A stretch of DNA of 63,781 bases, counting the filler, from Octopus bimaculoides (lineage: Eukaryota): assembly GCF_001194135.2 (NCBI RefSeq). It is 8 parts of 8 records of this genome, joined end to end, with 100 filler letters (N's around TTAATTAATTAA, not from the genome) between each part and the next. Parts side by side here need not be neighbours in the genome. Positions count along the whole stretch, not along the records: positions 41,528 to 59,158 come from NC_068982.1; positions 59,259 to 60,818 come from NC_069010.1; positions 60,919 to 62,225 come from NC_068997.1; 5 more parts are not named here. One strand, 5' to 3'. Position 1 is the stretch's first letter. Each line of letters begins with the position of its first letter. The translations under genes were made by a program, and so were the position numbers. This document shows, piece after piece, positions 48,514-61,372 of this stretch. The notes under the pieces were generated by a model. That model ran no database searches. It was not told where the DNA came from and worked only from the letters and a program-made list of their open reading frames with translations.

Positions 48514-51500
48514 GCTACATTCACCCACCTTCTCACAAAATTGCTGGGAGGCAGTACGCCTCTCTCTACCCTCTTTTTAAGTGAAATTGGAAAAAGTTGA
48601 TGCGGGTTTGGCCAAAGAGAAAGGGTCTGTCTTCAGCCCGTTCAACCAGGTCAACCACACAATTTCTTTCGCTAAGGTCACCTGACAAAGAAACAGTGCC
48701 TGCCATTACTGACGAAACGAAGGCGATGTGTTGACCTTAAAATTGGACTGAAACATTGCCCACGTGACAATATGTGATTGACATAAATCTACCAGTTAGC
48801 AATGCTCTTGCACTGGACAGGGAGCGCAGAAGTTTCGTCGCTTTGCGCACCTTTCAAGTAATCCCGGCTAACGACACATGTGTGCTTGTAAGCTTATCCC
48901 GAACCGGCAATACTCCTCGGTAGCATTGCCAGACCAAGGATTTCTAGAAGTTGTCCATAGGCTCCAGCCCCAAAGTCCTCTGGAACTGACTAGCCAACAC
49001 ATTCCCGTCAACGCCCATAATCTACCCCAGAACGTTGTGACACCCGCCCGACACTAACTCTCTATGGAACGACTTAGAGGAACCTCCACCGACTGCACTG
49101 CCCGACTGACAGAAGACTGTGAGCGCCTGAGGACTGCGCTTGATCCAGAACTGAAGTTCAGAGGAAGAGACGATCTACGGAAGACGGGTCTGACAAAAGA
49201 CAACCACATCTACTCACCATCAGCAGCCAAGGCATGTCCAGTGCTAAATTCAGCGGGTGTTGACAACAAATGGACTGCCAGACCATCGGAACGCGTCACT
49301 TCCACAGGAAGCGGAAAAGAACGCGCTGCAGTTCAGTCAAACGTAAACTGGGACAAGTCACGACGGTGGGACGATAATATATGACAGAGTGAATGTATGC
49401 ATTCGCCACCACTGACCGTCCTTTCAGGGACAGCTTTCTCTCAGCCGGTTTCTGGGTGAGATTGGCCACTCTGCACGTCACCTCGTCGCTGTTCTTTCTC
49501 ACCTGGTGATCTGGACCAAAACAGATCCCAAGCGTTATTGGATGGTATGCACTTGCCTCTGTGGGTGCTGAGCTGCAAGACCACTGACTTCTCATGGTTA
49601 ATTTTTACCGGTTTGTATTCTTTTAGGTCAGTGTCTACCAGGTCAATGTGCCTGGTGTTCGACTCTATGACGGTGGCGTTATCTACGTATCCCGACATGA
49701 TTCTCCCACGACCTAGTTCGTGCGGGATATCTCTAAACGTCTCCAGTTTCCGCAGTAGTGGCTCTAGAGCCAGTACATGCAAAAGAGGTAAAAGTGGACA
49801 TCCATGACTTACGGGAGGCCTGACTTTCAATGGTTGTGATAGGTAAGAATTCACTCAAACTACCGAGCAAAACGTCGCACTTTATATTTCAGTGATCCAG
49901 CCGCGGAAAACGGGACCGAAACCAACTGCGGTGAGAACGGATGGCCGACGTTGGGGGTTGACCTTATCGAAGGTTTTAGATTGATTCAAATAGATAGATC
50001 ACGACTTTGCTTATGCTAGTTGCCTTACCCACCCTGCCTATGATGTATCACATGAGGTGGAGGTTGTCGTGGTTGGATCTGCTGGGATTGCACAGGTTAG
50101 CGCATTACCAATCAGTTCCTCAGTAACAAACGCTAACTTCTTTGCTACCACGTTGGCCAAAATTTTAAAGTTTGTGTTTAGAAGCATTATAAGCCTGAAA
50201 TTTTCTATTTGATCCTCTTTGTTTGTGTCCTTTCTTAGCAGTTCCACTGTTCCCTGACTAACGGAATTAGAAATATCCTGCTAGTTGCGGTAAATGTCAG
50301 CTGAAAGGCTGCCGAACAAGTCAGACATATATTAACAGAAGTAAATCTCGTAGGGCAGACCATCTACAGTATGTTATTTGCCTTCCGTGCAACTTGTCAT
50401 CGCATCCCGCAATTACTGAGAGCGGGGTCATACCATTGAGGTAGATGCTGAAGTGCCCCCTGCATTCTGGACTGCCATTCATCTAAAATAATTAGGCGAA
50501 GTGCTGCTGAAATGCCGCACACATCAGTTCGGGATCGAGTAAGATGCGCCCATTTTGGTCCATCAAAGACCGGATTGTGGAAATGTTGCCGCTTTGCGCC
50601 CATCGAACCTCGTTTGTTCCTTTTGTTTTTCGAGTACGCACGTTAGATGACACCTTGACTTTCTGCCCATAGTGTCTTTGAGTTCGCATTTCTTGTTTAG
50701 AGTTGAAGAAATGGTCCAGGGCCAAGCTCGCGGCCAGCAGTTCGGTGACAATGCCTTTCTTAAGCGCTTCTTCTAAGTTCCCAAGTTCCCTTTTATTTCT
50801 ATCATTTATACCTTACTAAACCCAACTGATTCTACTCTAATTACCGTTTTCAAGGAAATCCACCATTTTTTTTCTTGACGATTATCCTCGTCAACGCCCA
50901 CTTAACTTATTCTCTAGTCCAGTCTCTGTAAGCTTTGCACGTAAGTAGTGACATGTTCAGCTTCCAGTAACCGGCTCCCTCTTTTGTGCGCCTATGAAGG
51001 TGACCGTACAGATAACAAATTAGTAGTCTGTGTAGCCGACAATTTTGAAAAGTAGACAACTTATACTATATTTATCTACTGGCCTTACAGAATACTCTGT
51101 CTAAATACGACCTCAATGATCCAATGTGTCCACTGTTGTTTATTGTGTTGTTGCTGACACTGTTGTCGGTACTGCTGTTATTGCAGTCTATGTTACTGTA
51201 GTTATTGTTGCATTTGCAGCTGTAGTTGCCACCTGCTCCTGGTGCTGCTGTTGCTTTTGTTGTGGGTTTAGTGTTTGCAAAAATGGCGTCAGGACACACT
51301 ACTGTCTATGTTGTGGACAGAAATTTTCGAGGTTATTTGTCCCCAGAAGTAATATCTTGTCTTTCTGCCCTTAACAGCCACGTCAAGATTTGTGCCATCT
51401 GGTAGGCTTATGAAGTTGGGGATAGACTCGACACTTGTCTGGTCTGCCTGTATTAATAACGTTATCATGTCTATATACACCGTATCTTTCTGAAAACCTC

Positions 51501-51530
51501 TTATGTTATTCAAATTATTGCTATATGGCG
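48490..51530 (-). mobile_element. Decayed Tx1-clade (L1 group) LINE with ORF1 remnant and internally deleted ORF2
   Basis: ORF1-like IPNFISLPDG...GRKTRYYF; YLDRVF and GYWKLNMSLL (endonuclease); NFRLIMLLNTNFKILA, HGCPLLPLLHVLALEPLL, YVDN (RT); LVWQCYRGVLPV (zf-RVT). Confidence 0.9.
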
Positions 51531-52014
51531 TAAAGCATTTTCAGTATTAAAGTAAATCTGTAATTTATGAAATAATAACCAAAAATAGTTGGTGATTACA
51601 ATGGACTGAACATTATGCAAAAATGAAACAAAAAAATTGTTGCAATAATGCCAAGTATGAAGTATGATTCTTTGGGGATTAACGTACATGTTTTTAATTG
51701 TTTAATGCATTTATTATTAAATCATTGCCATAGACATTTTTCTCAACCAAATGGTGCGTCTTACGTCTTGAATTTAATTGGATGAGAGGTATCCCTTGTG
51801 CTCGTCTAAAACACAATTACAATCCCATATGTAACGTGTTGAATATGCATTAAGCAAGACGATTAAATACTTCAAACGCACACATAATAACCATCATTTT
51901 ATTGACGCTGACTACTAGGAACAAACACACAAGGGTGTACACCATATTACGTCACGCTTACATAGAAACACACAAGCCTGTTGTTGGCGGTACACGCGCA
52001 CACGTAAATATTTA

Positions 52015-52500
52015 TGCGTGTATGTGAGCGGGCGAATGCATCTATGTGTTGTGTGTGTATCTGTGTATTGTGTGTTCGTGTGTATATGTGTTGTGTGCGT
52101 GTGTCTATGTGCTATGGTGTGTCTATGTTTTGTGCGTGCGTGTGTATATGCGTTGTTTGTGTGAGTCTATATGTGGTATGTGAGTGTGTCAATATGCTGC
52201 ATGTATCTATGTGCTGTATGTGTGTGTGCGTGTGCGTGGCTATGTGTTCTGTATATGTGTGTCTATGTGTTGTGCCTGTGTTTATGTGTTGTGTGTGTGA
52301 ATATATATTGTGTTTGTGTGTGTGTTGGGTATGTGTGTGTCTGTGTGTTTGTGCGCGCGCGTGTGTGTTTATGTGCTGTGTGTGTCTATGTGCTGTGTGT
52401 GAGTGTGTGCGATTATTTATCTGTGTATGTGTGTATATGTGTTGTTAGTGTGGTCTATGTGTTGTTTGCGTGTATGTGAGTGCGTGCGTGTGTGAGTGTG
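52015..52500. repeat. Degenerate (GT)/(GTCTAT) low-complexity tract
   Basis: Source of the Cys/Val-rich ORFs. Confidence 0.9.
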
Positions 52501-52716
52501 TTTCTGTGTAAATTCGATCATACGACACGTACCTACCTCGAAATCTACGTGCAGTTCAAGCATTTTGAATTTACCCATGAATCCGGGCTATTGCATAATG
52601 CTCGCATGTGAGCGTGTTAATGTGTGTATCAGTGCAAATATATCCATGTGTGTGTGCATATATGTATATATGTATGCATGCACGCGTGTACAGATCCATA
52701 TATACTTACATACATG

Positions 52717-52825
<109 letters not shown>

Positions 52826-53638
52826 GTATGCAGGCATATATAATGCATATATAGAGTTTATACATATGTATGTGTGTGTGTTTCTATGTATATATGTAGG
52901 TATATATCGAATGATAGGGTTCACATCCACTTGTTTTTCGTTGTGTGGACAATTTTTGTATCATTTTCTCTGCAAAGCACTTCTTAAACATTTGACACTG
53001 CTGTCGCTTCCTAATCTGATTAGTCTGTGAGACATAAGGATAGGAAGCACTTTATGTTGCTGAAGTATTTCCATTTATGTCGTTGACATGTAATGATTTA
53101 TTCATTGGTGTTATCATATCTTATATATTTTCATTACGTTATTGATTTAATCGTTCTTTTATTATTGTATTTTCTATACTTTGTTTTCTTGTTTGCTTTG
53201 CGACGTTAAATAAGGAAATAAAAAAAGTCAGAAACAAATAAAAAATAATAGCCATATTTGATGCAGTGGTAATGGGACTATGATGATCTTCAAGAGAAGC
53301 CAACTAATAACCATGATGGAACTAATCAATGGAAATGTTTATTAACATGACGTAATACAATATTCTGCTTAACATTTAAGTGGAATCGTTTCAAAATTAT
53401 TAAAATGGAAACAAAAGAAAGCATGCAAGTACTATGCCAACGAAGTATTGATAGTATCGCGTCTTCAATGCAAGTATCCTTTCGAACCGCATCTCAATTT
53501 ATCTTTATCTTTATTTCATTTTGTTTTACTGTAAAGTACTTTGGGAGTGAACACTCAAGGATAATTTACCTCCATGAACTTAAAATATTGGCGTGTAAGC
53601 AGCTCTTGTGTCGATGTTAATAAAAACGTCTCTATAGA

Positions 53639-53881
53639 CAGTGGAGAACTGGGTCTAAAAATATTGGCTAAAATTTACTTTGTTTTTTAGTATTCTTTTC
53701 AACTGTCTACAAACACAACCAGGCTTAAATAATCAATGCATTCCCCAGGAGCGAATAAGAAATTCTCAAACTCGAGGGGATGGGCCCCTTAGATACTAAC
53801 TTGGGCTCCCGTATATGGATTCAATGGTGAAGGGGCCCACTTGACATCGGGCAAGCTGGCAATCTGGCCAGTCCACCACTG
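53639..53881. mobile_element. hAT-like MITE (243 bp)
   Basis: TIRs CAGTGGAGAACTGG / CCAGTCCACCACTG (12/14); 8-bp TSD TCTATAGA at 53631-53638 and 53882-53889. Confidence 0.85.
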
Positions 53882-54249
53882 TCTATAGATATTGCCAAAT
53901 ATATATATTCATATATGTATGTATGTGAGTGCATGCCTTACTTTTTTCTCAGAAAGGGAAATATAGCGCCATTGCAAGGACGTAAAGAAACGCACGGAAT
54001 TTATTTATCTCAAATTAAAATATCTGTTTCGGTTATATGGTCTGGTAGCATGTTTTATAAAATAATGTTAAGCATGCAGGCGCAGGCTTCGTGCGTGTGT
54101 GCGTGGTAAGATTTTTGCTTCTCAAACGCCTGGTTCCGCGTTCAGTTACACCGCTGGCAAATTCGGCAAGTATCTGCTATTAAAGCCTCGAGCCGAGCAA
54201 AGTCTTATGAATAGATTTGGTTAACGGAAACTGAAAGACACACGTCGAG

Positions 54250-54288
<39 letters not shown>

Positions 54289-54516
54289 ACACACACACAC
54301 ACACACACNNNNNNNNNNNNNNNNNNNNNNNNNNNNNNNNNNNNNNNNNNNNNNNNNNNNNNNNNNNNNNNNNNNNNNNNNNNNNNNNNNNNNNNNNNNN
54401 NNNNNNNNNNNNNNNNNNNNNNNNNNNNNNNNNNNNNNNNNNNNNNNNNNNNNNNNNNNNNNNNNNNNNNNNNNNNNNNNNNNNNNNNNNNNNNNNNNNN
54501 NNNNNNNNNNNNNNNN

Positions 54517-54552
<36 letters not shown>

Positions 54553-54982
54553 ATATATATACACGTGTGTGTTTCTTTATAACCCCGTAACCTTGTGGTT
54601 CTGCAATAGAGTGTGATAGAATAAGTACCAGGTTTTAAAAAAATTACTGGGTTCGATTCGTTCGACTGAAAACACTTCAAGGCGGTGCCCCACCGTTGTC
54701 GTAGTCTAATGATTGAAACACATGAAACATAAAAAGTGCATATATATGTACAAAATATATGTGTATATTATGAAAGAATCAATGTGCATATGTGTATGTT
54801 TGTGCCTTTACCAGGAAGAAAAGAAATGCATTTCATTGGTTGTTCCAAGCGTTATTAGGAGTTCATCTAAATCAGTCCACGACTAATTTTTGTACTGAGG
54901 TAGGTTTTGTAGGTGTTTTGTGTATTAATTTATCATCAGCAATTCCCAAATTAGTGTTCTGTGATTGTAAACTACGCTGTAG

Positions 54983-54996
54983 CCTCCAGGGGGCGG
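54983..54996 (+). promoter_or_regulatory. Candidate CTCF binding site
   Basis: CCTCCAGGGGGCGG versus core CCACCAGGGGGCGC (12/14) in AT-rich unique DNA. Confidence 0.45.
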
Positions 54997-56156
54997 CTTG
55001 GGTAGCGTAATTTCTCTTGAGAGATGTGATATCAAAAGCAGATTTTTTAGCTGTATGTCTCACCTTCTCTGAGACGCAGAAGTTAATAGATTTAAAAGCA
55101 GATTAAAGACGAATTAAATGGAACTATGTTTGTGTCTCAACGGAAATCACCTACGAATTAAGAATGAGAGGATCTGTTTTTGATGAAGGCAATTGCTGCA
55201 TCCCTGACTCTATAATTGTTAAATTTAATCCAGCAATGTTTAAATTACTATATAGACTGCTGATTAGCATCATTTGTCAGTTTGACATCTTTGTCGACGT
55301 GCTATACAATTACAACACTTTCTCAAAAGGGGCTCTTTTGAAATTATGAAGTAATGGTTACTGAAAAATTTTCCAATAACATTCAACAAATTTCACTTGC
55401 AATTTTGGAAACATGTTCGACAAATTTAAAACATTTTTGCAAATATCGACCATAAAAATAATCCTCCAACATGTTCTTAATAGATTATATTACTCCCAAA
55501 CGCATCATCATCATCATCCAATTCACATCTCTGACTTAATAGTAAAGTATTCACCACTCAGTCTATCGAATATATATTTAGAATACGGGTCAAAGTCTTT
55601 CTCCGTTTAAATTAAAAGGCTTCCAGAGGCATTTTGCGCCGAGAAGATTTGACAGTATTGAAATGCGATATCTTCGGATGGTGTATAAATTTCATACATA
55701 TTTCAGATGACGTATTGTCCGGAAGAGATATTCAAAATTTGCTGATCTATAAATGAGTTCACAGAGCAAGATGGTCATTAATAATTCGTCAATACTTCAC
55801 TTCGCTCAGGAAACATTTCAGTATTGGATTATATAATAATAGACAGACATAAAGAAACTTGCTTTAGTTGTTGAACTTCAGGCTTGCTAGAACACTGCCT
55901 TGAAGGATTATTCGAAGAAATACACCCTAGTATTTATTTTAAAACTGGTATTGATTGTATTGTTCACTTTTGCGAAGTCCCGACTCCCGCAAAAGGGAAG
56001 ACAAGCAAGCAGTGCATGTTATCAAGTGGTGGCAAGGGAAAATATCACACACACACACACGCACACACACTTATGGATGTATTTATATATATTGATATAT
56101 ATGTCTTTATATAGATATATATAAATCCACACATACATAGGAACACACACACACAA

Positions 56157-56189
<33 letters not shown>

Positions 56190-58267
56190 CACACACATAT
56201 ACACGCATTCACATGTATGTGCGTGTAGTGAGGAAGGTTCGAGAAAGAAATTTCACGTTGAGAACTGTAGAAAAACATGGCAAATGCACACGAGATTTAG
56301 GTTGAATATTTAGATGTATATACATATTTAAGAAGTATATAATATAGTCTATCGTTTTTCGGTTACGCTAATCATGGTGAAATAGTTGATAATGTTCTAA
56401 TTCTATGTTAGTAGGAGAACAGATATTTTGTATATGAATCGGAAGGTAATTAAATATCAGGGGAGGTAATTAGTGATTGTTATTATTACATGCAAGGGAG
56501 TAGGTGATAAGTAGCCATTTTTTTTTTTTTGCTTGGAAATTTTACTCGATTATTTATAGATTAAAAAGATATTTGATAGTTAAAATGTTTATATAGTCTA
56601 TAGTTGGTCAAATGTTGATGTTAGGGCATAGTTGACATTTTACACAAAATGTAGACCCTGATCTTAACCGTTGTTGTACAGAATTTGTTCCAATGCATTG
56701 GTATAAAAGGAAAAAAAATTTAAGTTTGGATGGAGATTCCTGTTTAAATATATTTTGTGGGAATAAATATATCGTATACATTATGATACTAAGTATTGGT
56801 TTCGAAAGAAAAACACGAGGCCGAATATTTTTGCACATTAAGCTGCAGTTTGGGGACGAATGTAAGGAGATTATGCAGGATTTCTAAGTTACCAAAATAT
56901 AAATAATATACTAAAACAGATGGAAATGAAGTATAAAATGCATTAAACTGAATCAACTTCATTTTATATATATGTATATACATATATCTTACTCAGAGAA
57001 ATTCCAACTTTGATTTTAATGTTTAAGCTACAATCTTATAACAATATAATATAATATAATATAATATAATATAATATAATATAATATAATGAAATGATAG
57101 GATAGTAAATGGCCATTCTGATTGAAATACTACCTTCATGCATTCAACTACACAACCTTCAGGTTCGTGTGGTAGAGTTGACAGTTATGTTTTACAGCTG
57201 TCACCACTACTACATGTAGATATACATATATATTAGGGGCAAATGTATTACACGGAAACACTGATGCTAATTGCACTAATTGCTCTAGAGATATCTAGTG
57301 TGCTTATTATACTTATCCCAGGCAGATTTTTACCGCATTGTTTAACTTGAAACTAGCTGTCAGTGTTCGTAGATGTTCTTGACATTTATAACCAGGAACA
57401 GTAGAGGCATAACATTTTTAGGATCAATAGTGCATGAGATGGACAGGGAAGAAACGGGAAGAGAAAATAGCGATATAACTATGCCATGAAATTAAACTGC
57501 ATCTATTTCATTATATATATATATATATATATATATNNNNNNNNNNNNNNNNNNNNNNNNNNNNNNNNNNNNNNNNNNNNNNNNNNNNNNNNNNNNNNNN
57601 NNNNNNNNNNNNNNNNNNNNNNNNNNNNNNNNNNNNNNNNNNNNNNNNNNNNNNNNNNNNNNNNNNNNNNNNNNNNNNNNNNNNNNNNNNNNNNNNNNNN
57701 NNNNNNNNNNNNNNNNNNNNNNNNNNNNNNNNNNNNNNNNNNNNNNNNNNNNNNNNNNNNNNNNNNNNNNNNNNNNNNNNNNNNNNNNNNNNNNNNNNNN
57801 NNNNNNNNNNNNNNNNNNNNNNNNNNNNNNNNNNNNNNNNNNNNNNNNNNNNNNNNNNNNNNNNNNNNNNNNNNNNNNNNNNNNNNNNNNNNNNNNNNNN
57901 NNNNNNNNNNNNNNNNNNNNNNNNNNNNNNNNNNNNNNNNNNNNNNNNNNNNNNNNNNNNNNNNNNNNNNNNNNNNNNNNNNNNNNNNNNNNNNNNNNNN
58001 NNNNNNNNNNNNNNNNNNNNNNNNNNNNNNNNNNNNNNNNNNNNNNNNNNNNNNNNNNNNNNNNNNNNNNNNNNNNNNNNNNNNNNNNNNNNNNNNNNNN
58101 NNNNNNNNNNNNNNNNNNNNNNNNNNNNNNNNNNNNNNNNNNNNNNNNNNNNNNNNNNNNNNNNNNNNNNNNNNNNNNNNNNNNNNNNNNNNNNNNNNNN
58201 NNNNNNNNNNNNNNNNNNNNNNNNNNNNNNNNNNNNNNNNNNNNNNNNNNNNNNNNNNNNNNNNNNN

Positions 58268-58316
<49 letters not shown>

Positions 58317-59083
58317 GCATGCACGTATATCTATTGATATCTATATACGCATACATATCCATATATATGTTTATATTAGAAGGAATTTACATATATAAGT
58401 AATTGTATGTGTATATTCGTATTTAGTATACATATCGATATAACTATCTCTCTCCATTTCTGTCAAGATAGAAGTGATACATAGACATTAAAAAAAAAAC
58501 GATGCTTAAATGTTCAGTAAATACCACGTCGTTAAACTGCAACACTTCCATATGTTGCAGTAAATCCAAATTTTAACCACCGCGCATGTACATACATAAT
58601 CCACTAAACCTATCATTTAGTATAATATGTTTAGGTCAAAAACCTTAAAAGTATCAATTTGTCATATAGTTAATATTGTAATTGCTGTCAACAGCTGCTT
58701 CATTAAAAATGAAAAGCGTTAACTCCAAGATTAGATAATTCAGGTACGTAATTAATTTAGCGTAATTTAAATTAAAATGGTTTAGAACTTATGCTCACCC
58801 AAATCATCTCTACTTTTATGTGTTATGTTAATGTAATGCTTAATATTGCCAATGACTTGGCCGAGCATCGCTTTTAAATAAAATTAATTTAATACTTTTT
58901 AAATCAATTAATTATGCAGGCGTGGGCGTGTGGGCAGAAGAACGCATCACAACGACATGGTTCCGGGTTCTGTTCCTCTGACAAGTGGCGCCTATGATAA
59001 GAATCGTCTGCTATAGCCACAGGCCCACCACAGTCTTGTTAGTGGATTTGGTAGACGGAAGCTGAAAGAAGATCGTCGTACAT

Positions 59084-59158
<75 letters not shown>

Positions 59159-59636
59159 NNNNNNNNNNNNNNNNNNNNNNNNNNNNNNNNNNNNNNNNNN
59201 NNTTAATTAATTAANNNNNNNNNNNNNNNNNNNNNNNNNNNNNNNNNNNNNNNNNNNNGAGACAACAATGCATAAATCGTAATTTTTAAAAGAGCAATGA
59301 AATCTAGGTGAATAGAATATATACGTAGCATGAATTTAGGAAGCTTAGAGAATGAATAAGTATGAATTTAAGACAAAGACTGAAATCAATTGAATTTCAT
59401 GGAGAGAAACAAGATAAATAATAGAGGGCAGACTAAAGCGCGAAGGTATGAGATGTTTGAGGCCGTAAATAAATAAAAATCTCTATCTTATCTGCATCTT
59501 GGAGATAAATCCATTGTTTAGGCAGAATGGTATACATATAAGATTCCAATACCTTATGAATAAAATCCAGCAGTCTTTAAAATTGGTCATTCCAAATACA
59601 GAGTTTATACACAGTGTTATTGAAAATAGAACCCCT

Positions 59637-59895
59637 GTAGAAATTGGGGGTTGTGAAGTCATAGAAATTGGGGATGGTGAAGATGTAGAAATTAGGGATG
59701 GTGAAGTTGTAGAAATTATCTGACAACTACTTCTGACTGTTTCTGTCAATATGGCCAGGAACCATATCCTGCTGTCACACATATGACCTGCTAACAGCAA
59801 CCCCCTCCAGCCAGAGTTTGACCGCAGTCTCCTGATGCTTCACATAACCATCTGAATTGAATCTGAGACCCTATTCAAAGATGGGGGATAAAATC
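59637..59895 (-). mobile_element. Tc1/mariner-superfamily transposase fragment with an internal 24-bp tandem amplification
   Basis: IFE*GLRFNSDGYVKHQETAVKLWLEGVAVSRSYV*QQDMVPGHIDRNSQK*LSDNFYNFTIPNF: second catalytic Asp region QQDxAPxH. Confidence 0.82.
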
Positions 59896-59970
59896 CGGCA
59901 TACAGACACTTTCAGAATGCTTGCTGCATCCATTCCTATAGGAAACAGCTTCATATTCTCCGTTGCATCT

Positions 59971-60285
59971 GAAGGTATATATGACTCAGTGGTTTGAGTG
60001 TTGGGGTCACAATCCTGAGGTAGTGAGTTTGATTCCAGGACCAAGCTGTGCATTGTGCTCTTGAGCAAGACACTTTATTTTACATTGCTCCAGTTCACTC
60101 AGCTGTAGAAATGAGTTGCGATGTCCTTGTTGCCAAGCTGTATCGGCCCCCTTTACCTTTCCATTGGATAACATTGGTGGCATAGATTATTGGTCTTCCA
60201 TAAACAACCTTGCCCGGACTTGTGCCTCAGAGGAGAACTTTCTAGTTGCAATCCCATGGGCTTTCATGACTGAAAGGGGTCTCTA
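59971..60285 (+). mobile_element. tRNA-derived SINE (head + M1 + tail T3)
   Basis: B-box-like GAGTTTGATTCC; TTGTGCTCTTGAGCAAGACAC...CTCCAGTTCACTCAGCTG shared with 1557-1870; unrelated 3' part. Confidence 0.75.
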
Positions 60286-61311
60286 CCCCTATTCTCCATT
60301 GCAGCTGTCCATGTCACATCTTTTAATCTTTACAGTGTTCACAGAGTATTGAGCAACAGCCATGATGTCAACATTTTAGTACCCAATGCAAATCCTTATC
60401 ATACAAGAAACTCTTTTCCAATATTCAGATGTTTCACTCCTCCATCTTTATGCTCTCCAACGCCATTGACTGTTCACCAATACATATAGCACCATCAATA
60501 CAACTACCACCTATACTACCACCACCACCACCACCACCAGTACTACCTGCACTGATCATTATAATTACCAACATAATTACTACCAGCACCAACTCCGCCA
60601 TCACCGACTCAAGCACAATTGCTATGGACACCACTACTACAACAATCACCACAACCACTCTAGCACTACCTCCAGTACTGCCACAGATTCAATCAACACT
60701 GCTAGCATCACCATCACTTTCTGTTCTAAAGCTTGCTCCCTCTTCTTCCTACCTCCCTCTGTTGTCTCGCTCTCCCTTGCCCCTCCCCCTCTCTCTCTCT
60801 TGCCCCTCCCCCTCTCTCNNNNNNNNNNNNNNNNNNNNNNNNNNNNNNNNNNNNNNNNNNNNTTAATTAATTAANNNNNNNNNNNNNNNNNNNNNNNNNN
60901 NNNNNNNNNNNNNNNNNNTGTATGTATCTATGTATATATGTACATGTATATGCATTTATATATTTTTTATCTTTTATCTTTGACTTGTATCACTCATTAG
61001 ACTGTGCTCATGTTGGGGCACAACTTTGAAGAATTCCAGGTGGTGAGAGACAAATATAGACACGAGACAAAATACGCGCGGTATATGTTGTCAGGGATCG
61101 ATGCTACAGATCGCTCGACTGAAATTTGAAAGGTACAGGATCTGACTCTATGTAGAGGGTTGCTGGTCAATTTTTCCGTCTATAAGTGTATTTACCCTAT
61201 TTTCTAAGTTGTCTTCACAGCTATTCTGCGTTCGAGAATTGCTTTATTTTCTGTACAATACACGCACACACACACATACAGACAATGACACAAAGTGACA
61301 GAGAAATTCAC

Positions 61312-61372
<61 letters not shown>

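Noticed and set aside
49064-49384. 106-aa plus-strand ORF
   Set aside because: Antisense shadow of Tx1 ORF2
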